Shown here: piece after piece, positions 11,312 through 22,994 of the stretch
How the letters are laid out: each line of letters begins with the position of its first letter
How positions within the stretch are numbered: position 1 is the first letter of the stretch
From: Bacteroidota bacterium
Lineage (GTDB): Bacteria; Bacteroidota; Bacteroidia; Cytophagales; Cyclobacteriaceae
Length of the DNA: 32,000 nt
NCBI GenBank assembly: GCA_023393375.1
Contig: JAEWLI010000071.1
Location: 13,596-45,595, forward strand
Reading direction: 5' to 3'
Made by a program: the position numbers and the translations under genes
The notes under the pieces: generated by a model
Told to the model about the DNA's origin: nothing
What the model saw: the letters and a program-made list of their open reading frames with translations, nothing else
Databases searched by the model: none

Positions 11312-13276
11312 ATGACAAAAATAATATCTTGTACATTGCTGTGGATAACTTGGTTATGTTTTCCTGTATTATTGGTAGCGCAAAGTTATACCGATGGCAA
11401 AAAAATAAGTTCAGATTTATTTGGTCTCTTTTTTGAAGATATTAACTATGCCGCCGATGGTGGATTGTATGCTGAGCTGGTTCAAAACCGCTCATTTGAG
11501 TACAACCCCGGTGAACGTCGTGAATGGCATCCGTTTTCTTTCTGGGAGTTTTTGCTGCCAGGTCATTCAATTGGTAGAATTAGTGTCGAAACAAATGCGC
11601 CGCTTCATCCAAACAATCCACATTACATCGTATTGGATGCAGAATATATTGGGGATTATCCGCAAATTGAAGTGGAGTCAGGAGTTGGGATGAAAAATAC
11701 GGGATTCAATGGAATGGTGATTCGTGAAGGTGAAAATTATAATTTCTCCATGTTTGCCAAGCTATTAAGCGATACTTCAATCAATTTCCAAATAATTCTG
11801 ATCGGCAATAATGGGGAGGAGCTGGCCAGAGCCACGTTAGAGGTAGGTGCTGAAAACTGGTCAAAGCACACTGCTACATTAACCCCAACAATAAGCAGTG
11901 ATAGCTCTTCATTAGTAGTTTTGGCTCGATCCAAAGGAAAGGTAGCATTGGATATGATTTCTCTATTTCCTGAAAAAACTTTTAAAAATCGCACCAATGG
12001 CTTACGTGCCGACCTGGCTCAAATGCTTGCAGATATGCAACCAAGGTTTGTCCGTTTTCCTGGTGGATGTCTGGTTCATGGCGATGGAGTCGGAAACATG
12101 TACCGTTGGAAAAATACCATAGGTCCTGTTGAACAACGAAAAGCACAACGCAATATCTGGGGTTATCACCAAACTGCAGGGCTTGGTTTTTTTGAATATT
12201 TTCAGTTTAGCGAAGATATTGGTGCCAAACCCGTTCCCATTTTACCTGCCGCAGTAAGCTGTCAGAATTCAGGAGGTACACATGTGATAGGTGGTGCCGG
12301 ACAAAAAGCAATTTGTATGGACGATATGAATGAATATATTCAGGAAGTATTGGATTTAATTGAATGGGCCAATGGGCCTGCAACCTCTACCTGGGGTGCC
12401 AAACGTGCCGCTGCAGGGCATCCTGAGCCGTTTAATCTCGAATATTTAGGAATTGGTAACGAAGATAAGATGACCCCGGAATTTGAAGAGCGTTTTACAA
12501 TGATTTATAATGCCATCAAGGAAAAACATCCCGAAATAACAGTAATCGGTTCGTCAGGACCATTCCATAGCGGAAGGGATTTCGACAAGGGCTGGGAAAT
12601 CGTCAATAAACTTGATGTACCGGTAGTCGATGAACATTACTATGTACAACCTGATTGGTTGCTTGCAAATCATTATCGCTATGATAAATACGACCGAAAT
12701 GGAGCCAAGGTATATCTTGGGGAGTATGCTTCTTGGGGTAATAAAATGTTCAATGCAATTGCTGAAGCTGCCTATATGACATCTTTTGAACGTAATGGCG
12801 ACATCTTAATTATGGCATCTTACGCACCACTGCTTGCGAAAAAGGATTTCACCCAATGGACAACAGACCTCATATTCTTCGACAATATGAACATTGTGCC
12901 TACACCCAATTTCCATGTTCAGAAAATGTTTATGACAAACCAGGGTGATCATTATTTCGACAACGTGATTAAAACAGTTAAAACAGATTCGCTGCAGGCA
13001 TCTTCATGCGTAATGGATAGTAATTCAGGTGAAGTAATCCTTAAACTAGTTAACGTAGATGGTGTAAGCAAGACAATGGAAATAGATCTTTCACGTTTTA
13101 AGCATTTGAGCAATAGGGCTGTTCAAACTGTATTGGCAGGTAAGGCAAAAGATGAAAATACTTTTGATAACCCCCATGCTGTGGTTCCGGTACAGACTGA
13201 TGTTAAGGTAAATAAGAAATTTGCCTATGAGGCTCCTCCAATGTCATTAACCGTCATTCGGGTAAAAAAGAAATAA
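11312..13276 (+). CDS. GH51 alpha-L-arabinofuranosidase (long form with N-terminal CBM-like beta-sandwich)
   Basis: The ORF track starts at GTG 11273; ATG 11312 gives signal peptide MTKIISCTLLWITWLCFPVLLVAQ. Motifs 'GGLYAELVQNRSFEY', 'RFPGGC', 'LGIGNEDK' (acid/base Glu candidate) and 'VYLGEYAS' (nucleophile Glu candidate). Confidence 0.85.
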   Translation: MTKIISCTLLWITWLCFPVLLVAQSYTDGKKISSDLFGLFFEDINYAADGGLYAELVQNRSFEYNPGERREWHPFSFWEFLLPGHSIGRISVETNAPLHPNNPHYIVLDAEYIGDYPQIEVESGVGMKNTGFNGMVIREGENYNFSMFAKLLSDTSINFQIILIGNNGEELARATLEVGAENWSKHTATLTPTISSDSSSLVVLARSKGKVALDMISLFPEKTFKNRTNGLRADLAQMLADMQPRFVRFPGGCLVHGDGVGNMYRWKNTIGPVEQRKAQRNIWGYHQTAGLGFFEYFQFSEDIGAKPVPILPAAVSCQNSGGTHVIGGAGQKAICMDDMNEYIQEVLDLIEWANGPATSTWGAKRAAAGHPEPFNLEYLGIGNEDKMTPEFEERFTMIYNAIKEKHPEITVIGSSGPFHSGRDFDKGWEIVNKLDVPVVDEHYYVQPDWLLANHYRYDKYDRNGAKVYLGEYASWGNKMFNAIAEAAYMTSFERNGDILIMASYAPLLAKKDFTQWTTDLIFFDNMNIVPTPNFHVQKMFMTNQGDHYFDNVIKTVKTDSLQASSCVMDSNSGEVILKLVNVDGVSKTMEIDLSRFKHLSNRAVQTVLAGKAKDENTFDNPHAVVPVQTDVKVNKKFAYEAPPMSLTVIRVKKK

Positions 13277-13402
13277 TTCAGCATGAAATATAGAATTCAG
13301 GAATGTCTAAATAGCAGTTTTGTCGATTAATAATTTGTTGTACCTAAATCCTGATTTTGGACAAGATAAGAATGATAATATTTGTTAAAATAAACTAATA
13401 AA

Positions 13403-14968
13403 ATGAAAAACATATTCATAATTCTTTTAATGGCAGTAACTTGTATAACAGGTTTAAACACTGCCACAGGACAAGCCCGCAATCCTATAATTCATGCAGA
13501 TGTCCCGGACGTGTCCATGATAAGGGTAGGGAATACCTATTACATGAGCAGTACCACCATGCATATGAATCCAGGTGTGCCTGTCATGAAATCGACCGAT
13601 TTAGTGAATTGGGAATTGGTCAACTATGCATATGATAAACTGGGTGATAATGATGCCTTAAACCTCGAAAAAGGTAAGCATGCATATGGCCGGGGCTCTT
13701 GGGCAAGCTCCCTTCGTTACCACAATGGTAAATATTATATTTCTACATTTTCGAGCACCACAGGGAAAACTTATATCTTCACAACAGAAGATATTGAAAA
13801 TGGAGCATGGGAAGAGAAATCCTTTACTCCATCGCTTCATGACAATACTATATTTTTTGATGATGACGGTAAGATCTATATGATTTGGGGAAATGGAAGG
13901 CTTTTTATGGCCGAAGTGAAAGAAGACCTGACTGATATAAAAAAGGAAACCGAAAAAGTATTAATTGATAATGCAAGTGCCCCTGCCGGTGATAATATAA
14001 TGCTGGGTGCCGAAGGTGCTCAGCTTTTTAAAGTAAATGGCAAATATTATTTGTTTGCGATCACCTGGCCTCGGGGTGGCATGCGTACTGTAGTGATTCA
14101 CCGTGCTGATAATATTAATGGACCATGGGAAGGCAGAGTAGCCTTGCAAGATAAGGGTGTGGCCCAGGGTGGTTTAATTGATACACCGGATGGGCGGTGG
14201 TTTGCTTTCCTCTTTCGTGATTTTGGTGCCGTTGGACGAATCCCTTACCTGGTTCCCGTAAAATGGGAGAATGACTGGCCAGTATTGGGTGTTGACGGTA
14301 AGGTACCAGATGTACTTGATTTACCGGTAAGTAAAGGATTAAGGCCTGGTATTGTAGCTTCGGATGAATTTACTCGGAAGCGCAAAGAGGCTGATTTACC
14401 ACTGGTATGGCAATGGAACCATAACCCCGACAACACTTTATGGTCTGTGCGTGAGAGAAAAGGATATCTTCGGCTGAAAACCGGAAAAGTGGTTGATGAA
14501 CTCCAACAAGCACTAAATACCCTTACTCAAAGGACTTTTGGTCCACAAAGTTCAGGTATTACATCTATTGATGTTACAAATATGAAAGAGGGGGATATTG
14601 CCGGTTTATGTGCTTTTCAGCGAAAATATGGCCAAGTTGGAGTGAAATATGAAAATGGGCAAAAATTTATTTTTATGGTAAGTGCTCAGACTGATGAACC
14701 TGTAGAGATAGAGCGGGTGCCACTTTCACAGCATACTGTTCAATTAAAAGTTGATTGTGACTATAGGGATCGTGCTGATTTGGCCCATTTTTATTATAGT
14801 CTTGATGGCAAATCATGGACAAAAATTGGTGATGAACTTAAAATGGAATATACCCTGATGGAGCACTTTATGGGATATCGTTTTGGCTTATTCAATTATG
14901 CAACCAAAACACCAGGTGGTTATGTCGATTTTGACTTTTTTAGAATAAATAACCAAATTTCAAAATAA
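13403..14968 (+). CDS. GH43 beta-xylosidase/alpha-L-arabinofuranosidase with C-terminal beta-sandwich domain
   Basis: Signal peptide, then 'NPIIHADVPDVSMIRVGNTYYMSSTTMH', 'STDLVNWE', 'EGAQLFKVNGKYYLF' and 'AQGGLIDTPDGRWF' (five-bladed propeller pattern). A C-terminal region of about 200 aa ends 'GGYVDFDFFRI'. Confidence 0.88.
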   Translation: MKNIFIILLMAVTCITGLNTATGQARNPIIHADVPDVSMIRVGNTYYMSSTTMHMNPGVPVMKSTDLVNWELVNYAYDKLGDNDALNLEKGKHAYGRGSWASSLRYHNGKYYISTFSSTTGKTYIFTTEDIENGAWEEKSFTPSLHDNTIFFDDDGKIYMIWGNGRLFMAEVKEDLTDIKKETEKVLIDNASAPAGDNIMLGAEGAQLFKVNGKYYLFAITWPRGGMRTVVIHRADNINGPWEGRVALQDKGVAQGGLIDTPDGRWFAFLFRDFGAVGRIPYLVPVKWENDWPVLGVDGKVPDVLDLPVSKGLRPGIVASDEFTRKRKEADLPLVWQWNHNPDNTLWSVRERKGYLRLKTGKVVDELQQALNTLTQRTFGPQSSGITSIDVTNMKEGDIAGLCAFQRKYGQVGVKYENGQKFIFMVSAQTDEPVEIERVPLSQHTVQLKVDCDYRDRADLAHFYYSLDGKSWTKIGDELKMEYTLMEHFMGYRFGLFNYATKTPGGYVDFDFFRINNQISK

Positions 14969-15011
14969 ATCAGAATATTAATATTTATACACTATATATA
15001 ATTACACATTT

Positions 15012-16958
15012 ATGAAATATTTGTTTTCGGTTTTATTCATGGCCACTTTTACACTCTTTGCATCGAGTCTGTTTGCTCAACAGGTGGCAAATGTAGCAAG
15101 TCCTGATGGGCTACTTCAGTTAAATATTAATGTTGAGAATGGCATCCCTGTATATTCTGTCATATATAATGGAAAAACGATGCTTGAAAACTCTCCGTTG
15201 GGGTTGACAACCAACGAAGGCGATTTCAGTTCGGGTATGAGTTTTGTAAATTCCAGTACTGATAAAGTAAACAAAGAATATACCCAGGAAAAGATTAAAC
15301 ACGCCAGTGTTACCTACAATGCGAATACTCTGAAAACCACATTTACAAATGCGGATAAAAAGGAAATTTCCATATTGTTCCAGGTAAGCAATAATGATAT
15401 TGCTTTCAGATATGAACTGCCTATGTGGGGAGAAACCAGGGCATGTGTGGTAGAAAAAGAAGCAACAGGATTCCGGTTCCCATCGGCTACTACAAGCTTT
15501 TTATCACATATGATGAGGCCAATGCAAGGCTTTGCGAGAACTTCTCCCAGTTATGAAAGTGGATATGAGGCTGATTATCCAATGGAAAGGAACAGATCCT
15601 CAGAAGGATATGTATTTCCTGGATTATTCAAAATAGGAGATAATGGTTGGGTATTGTTGTCTGAAACTGGTGTAAGAAGTCTCTATTGCGCATCTCATTT
15701 AAGCAGCTTTAATAATGGGCTGTATACAGTTGAATATCCGAATCCAGCACAAAACAATGGATTTGGAAGCTCTGGAGCACAAATTGGCCTTCCCGGTATA
15801 ACACCCTGGCGTACAATTACTGTTGGGGAAACATTAAAACCTATTGTAGAAACTACTATCCCATGGGATGTTGTAGAGCCATTGTATGAGCCTTCACAAG
15901 ATTATCAATATGGTCGCAGCACATGGAGTTGGATCATCTGGCAGGACAATAGCATGAATTATGAAGACCAATCGAAGTATATTGATTTGGCTGCAGCGAT
16001 GGAATATGAGTACATATTGATAGATGCCTGGTGGGACAGGAATATTGGTTATGAGAAAATGGAAGAACTTATTAAATATGCCGCTGGAAAAGGTGTAGGA
16101 GTGTTTTTATGGTACAATTCCAATGGTTCATTCAACGATGCATTTCAAACTCCGATTGATAAAATGAACACATCCATAGCACGAAAAAAAGAAATGAAAT
16201 GGATGAAGGAAGCAGGGGTAAAAGGCATAAAAGTCGATTTTTTAGGAGGTGACAAACAGGAAACCCTGCGTTTATATGAAGATGTTCTTTCAGATGCCAA
16301 TGACTATGGCCTAATGGTGAATTTCCACGGTGCCACACTCCCTCGGGGATGGGAAAGAATGTACCCTAATTTTATAGGATCCGAAGCTGTTTTAGCTTCT
16401 GAAATGTTGGTTTTTGTACAGGATACCAGGGAAAAGGAGGCTTTTTATGCAAGTTTACATCCGTTCATCCGCAATACAGTAGCCAGCATGGAATTTGGAG
16501 GTGTTGTACTTAATAAGTACCTCAATAAAGGAAATCAACAGGGTCAAAAAAGGTTAACTACAGATATTTTCCAGCTCGCAACTGCCGTCCTTTTTCAGAA
16601 CCCGGTTCAGTTTTTTGCATTAACACCTAATAATCTTACGGAAGTGCCACAATTCGAACTTGAATTTATGCGCAACATCCCTACTACCTGGGATGAAACC
16701 AGGTTTATTGCAGGCTATCCTGGAAAATATAGCGTGATCGCCCGTCGCCATGGTGAAACATGGTATATCGCAGGAATAAATGCTGAGAAAGAAGCTAAAA
16801 AGTTAAATCTCGAACTGCCTATGTTAGCTGGCCAAAAAGTGGCTATCTATAACGACAAAAAAGACGGAACGCCATTCACTGAAGCCATTACGGTGTCTAA
16901 AAATGGAAAGTTTTCAGTTACCATTCAACCTAATGGAGGATTTGTTCTAACTAAATAA
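15012..16958 (+). CDS. GH97 glycoside hydrolase (alpha-glucosidase/alpha-galactosidase family)
   Basis: Signal peptide ending 'LFAQ'. N-terminal 'SPDGLLQLNINVENGIPVYSVIYNGKTMLENSPLGL', then 'IDAWWD', 'GVKGIKVDFLGGDKQE' and 'NFHGATLPRGWERMYPNFIGSEAV', which resemble SusB-type GH97 enzymes. Confidence 0.87.
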   Translation: MKYLFSVLFMATFTLFASSLFAQQVANVASPDGLLQLNINVENGIPVYSVIYNGKTMLENSPLGLTTNEGDFSSGMSFVNSSTDKVNKEYTQEKIKHASVTYNANTLKTTFTNADKKEISILFQVSNNDIAFRYELPMWGETRACVVEKEATGFRFPSATTSFLSHMMRPMQGFARTSPSYESGYEADYPMERNRSSEGYVFPGLFKIGDNGWVLLSETGVRSLYCASHLSSFNNGLYTVEYPNPAQNNGFGSSGAQIGLPGITPWRTITVGETLKPIVETTIPWDVVEPLYEPSQDYQYGRSTWSWIIWQDNSMNYEDQSKYIDLAAAMEYEYILIDAWWDRNIGYEKMEELIKYAAGKGVGVFLWYNSNGSFNDAFQTPIDKMNTSIARKKEMKWMKEAGVKGIKVDFLGGDKQETLRLYEDVLSDANDYGLMVNFHGATLPRGWERMYPNFIGSEAVLASEMLVFVQDTREKEAFYASLHPFIRNTVASMEFGGVVLNKYLNKGNQQGQKRLTTDIFQLATAVLFQNPVQFFALTPNNLTEVPQFELEFMRNIPTTWDETRFIAGYPGKYSVIARRHGETWYIAGINAEKEAKKLNLELPMLAGQKVAIYNDKKDGTPFTEAITVSKNGKFSVTIQPNGGFVLTK

Positions 16959-16964
16959 AATAGA

Positions 16965-18335
16965 ATGTTTAAAATAAAATTATTATTGACTTTTGGAATA
17001 GCAATGTTATTCCAGAGTATAAAAGCACAGAACCCTATTGTTCAAACTTTTTATACAGCCGACCCGGCACCAATGGTTTACGATGGCAGGGTGTATGTGT
17101 ACACGTCGCACGATGAAGATGAAACGGTGAATAACTTCTTCACAATGCTCGATTGGCGCTGTTATTCATCGGACGATATGGTAAACTGGACTGATCATGG
17201 AGCTGTTGCATCACTAAAAGACTTTAGCTGGTCAAATAAAACAAATGGTGCATGGGCACCACAAGCAATTGAAAGGGATGGAAAGTTTTACCTGTATGTT
17301 CCCATTCATGGTGATGGAATAGCCGTATTGGTTGCTGATTCTCCTACCGGGCCATTTAGCGATCCCCTTGGAAAACGCCTTATCGATAGTGATCATATTT
17401 GGCAAGATATCGATCCTACTGTTTTTGTTGATGATGACGGTCAGGCTTATTTATATTGGGGAAATCCAAGTTTGTGGTACGTAAAGTTGAATGAAGATAT
17501 GATTTCGTACGACCGCAGCATTGGACAAGATGGAATTATTTCCGTGGATATGACAGCTGAGTCATTTGGCTTTAAAGAAGGTCGTGATGGAAATCCTGGA
17601 ACATCCTATACCGAAGGGCCATGGTTCTACAAACGCAACAATCTCTATTATATGATATATGCCGCAGAAGGTATTCCAGAATACATTGCGTATTCTACCG
17701 CACCTTCTGCTACAGGTCCTTGGACTTATAAAGGGCATATCATGGAAAGGGCACCTCATTTGGCTTTTACCAACCACGCAGGAATAATCGACTTTAAGGG
17801 AAATTCATATTTCTTCTATCATGACCAGGATTTATCAGGTGAAGGTTTTCAACGTTCGGTGAGTGTGGAGCAGTTTGAGTACAATGCCGATGGCTCTATT
17901 CCAATGATTAAACCTACAAAAGAGGGAGTAAGGGAAAGTGTATCCAATTTAAACCCATTTAAAAGGGTTGAAGCCGAAACCATAGCCTGGTCTGAAGGGG
18001 TAAAAGTTTCAAACGATGATAAAACCGGTGTTTATGTCACGGAAATTAGCAATGGCGATTACATTTTAGTACGCAGCGTAGACTTTGGCAAAGGTGCTAA
18101 AAAATTTGAGGCAAGTGCAGCTTCTGATAATACAGGTGGTAATATTGAGATTCGTCTGGGTAGTGTTGATGGTAATTTGTTGGGCACATGTGAAGTGAAA
18201 AATACCGATGGGGGGCAGAATTGGAAGGTTCATTCTACAAAACTCAAGAAAGTTAATCGAGTTCATGATGTGTATATTGTATTTAAAGGGGGTGAGGGCC
18301 ATTTGTTCAATTTCGACTGGTGGTTATTCAAATAA
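16965..18335 (+). CDS. GH43 arabinoxylan arabinofuranohydrolase-like enzyme with C-terminal CBM6
   Basis: Signal peptide ending 'IKAQ'. 'NPIVQTFYTADPAPMVYDGRVYVYTSHDED', 'DIDPTVFVDDDGQAYLYWGN' and 'TEGPWFYKRNNLYYMIYA'. The C-terminal part of about 130 aa, 'RVEAETIAWSEGVK...FNFDWWLFK', is typical of CBM6. Starts 6 nt after the GH97 stop. Confidence 0.9.
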   Translation: MFKIKLLLTFGIAMLFQSIKAQNPIVQTFYTADPAPMVYDGRVYVYTSHDEDETVNNFFTMLDWRCYSSDDMVNWTDHGAVASLKDFSWSNKTNGAWAPQAIERDGKFYLYVPIHGDGIAVLVADSPTGPFSDPLGKRLIDSDHIWQDIDPTVFVDDDGQAYLYWGNPSLWYVKLNEDMISYDRSIGQDGIISVDMTAESFGFKEGRDGNPGTSYTEGPWFYKRNNLYYMIYAAEGIPEYIAYSTAPSATGPWTYKGHIMERAPHLAFTNHAGIIDFKGNSYFFYHDQDLSGEGFQRSVSVEQFEYNADGSIPMIKPTKEGVRESVSNLNPFKRVEAETIAWSEGVKVSNDDKTGVYVTEISNGDYILVRSVDFGKGAKKFEASAASDNTGGNIEIRLGSVDGNLLGTCEVKNTDGGQNWKVHSTKLKKVNRVHDVYIVFKGGEGHLFNFDWWLFK

Positions 18336-18354
18336 TTTAATTTAAGTAAAAAAG

Positions 18355-19740
18355 ATGGCTCAACCTAAAACTACCTTATCACGTTTTGGTGCAATTATAT
18401 TAGCTATTGCATTAACAATAAGTTTTAATACTTATGCCCAAAAACCGAACGCCTATCCTATCATCCAGACGAAATATACGGCCGACCCGGCACCTCTGGT
18501 TTATAACGATACCGTTTTTCTATATACCAGCCATGATGAAGATGATGCCATGGGTTTCAAAATGTACGATTGGTTGCTTTATTCGTCAACAGACATGGTC
18601 AATTGGACTGAGCATGGCGTAGTAGCATCATTGAAAAATTTCGAATGGGTGCCGTACGACAATGGTGCCTGGGCGGTTCAATGTATTGAACGTAATGGGA
18701 AGTTTTATCTATATTGTCCAATGCCAGGGGGAGTTGGAATAGGTGTTTTGGTTGCAGATAGTCCTTATGGCCCTTTCAAGGATCCACTTGGAAAGCCTTT
18801 AATCAGAAACAGCAATCATGATATCGACCCTACAGTTTTAATTGACGATGATGGTCAGGCTTACATGTACTGGGGAAATCCCAAAGTTTACTATGTTAAG
18901 CTGAACGAGGATATGATTTCCTACTCGGGTGATATCGTAGAGGAACCAACAACACCTAAAAATTATCAGGAAGGGCCGTGGGTTTGGAAACGGAATGGCC
19001 ACTATTACATGGCTTATGCCTCAACCTGTTGCCCTGAAGGAATTGGTTATGCCATGAGCAAATCTCCTACGGGTCCCTGGGAATATAAAGGAATGATCAT
19101 AGATGCATCAGAACTAACCCGGGGCAATCATCCGGGTATCATAGAATACAAAGGGAAATCTTATTGTTTTGGACATAGCTACGATTTGTTGAAACACATC
19201 ACCCCGAAATTTTATGAACGTCGCTCTGTCGATATGGACGAAATGGTGTACAATCCTGATGGTACCATACAAAATCGGAAATATTTTTCAGTAGAAGGGC
19301 CAAAACAAATTGGTACATTAGATCCATTCACACGTGTGGAAGCTGAAACAATGGCATGGAGCGAAGGGGTCAAAACTATGTTTGAAACAGAATGGGAAGG
19401 GGATTTTGATTGGGCACGTGGAAAAAAAATTGCTGACCGTCTGTTTTTGACCTCCATTCATCATGGAGATTATATAAAAGTACAAGGTGTTAATTTTGGA
19501 ACCGGGGCAAAATCAATTGAGGTAAGCGTCTCAGCAATCTATGGTGGTCAAATCGAAATCCATACAGGTAAAGTTGATGGTCCTGTCATTGCAACAGTGG
19601 ATATTGATACCTCGCGTGAGTTGGGTATTTGGAAAACCTTTACCGCACCCGTTAAAAAAGTTAGTGGTGTCCACGATTTGTATTTTGTGTTCAAAGGGGA
19701 TAAAGACCTGTTCAACTTCGACTGGTGGAAGTTTAAATAA
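18355..19740 (+). CDS. GH43 + CBM6 enzyme, tandem paralog of 16965-18335
   Basis: Aligns with the preceding gene over its whole length ('YTADPAP', 'YTSHDED', 'DMVNWT', 'GKFYLY', 'VLVADSP', 'DDDGQAY', 'YVKLNEDMISY', 'RVEAETMAWSEGVK', 'FNFDWWKFK'). Confidence 0.9.
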   Translation: MAQPKTTLSRFGAIILAIALTISFNTYAQKPNAYPIIQTKYTADPAPLVYNDTVFLYTSHDEDDAMGFKMYDWLLYSSTDMVNWTEHGVVASLKNFEWVPYDNGAWAVQCIERNGKFYLYCPMPGGVGIGVLVADSPYGPFKDPLGKPLIRNSNHDIDPTVLIDDDGQAYMYWGNPKVYYVKLNEDMISYSGDIVEEPTTPKNYQEGPWVWKRNGHYYMAYASTCCPEGIGYAMSKSPTGPWEYKGMIIDASELTRGNHPGIIEYKGKSYCFGHSYDLLKHITPKFYERRSVDMDEMVYNPDGTIQNRKYFSVEGPKQIGTLDPFTRVEAETMAWSEGVKTMFETEWEGDFDWARGKKIADRLFLTSIHHGDYIKVQGVNFGTGAKSIEVSVSAIYGGQIEIHTGKVDGPVIATVDIDTSRELGIWKTFTAPVKKVSGVHDLYFVFKGDKDLFNFDWWKFK

Positions 19741-19765
19741 GAATTACTTAGTTGCTAAATAATAG

Positions 19766-22951
<3,186 letters not shown>

Positions 22952-22994
22952 TACTATCGAAGCACGGTGTATTCTTAACTCAAAAACCAAACTT

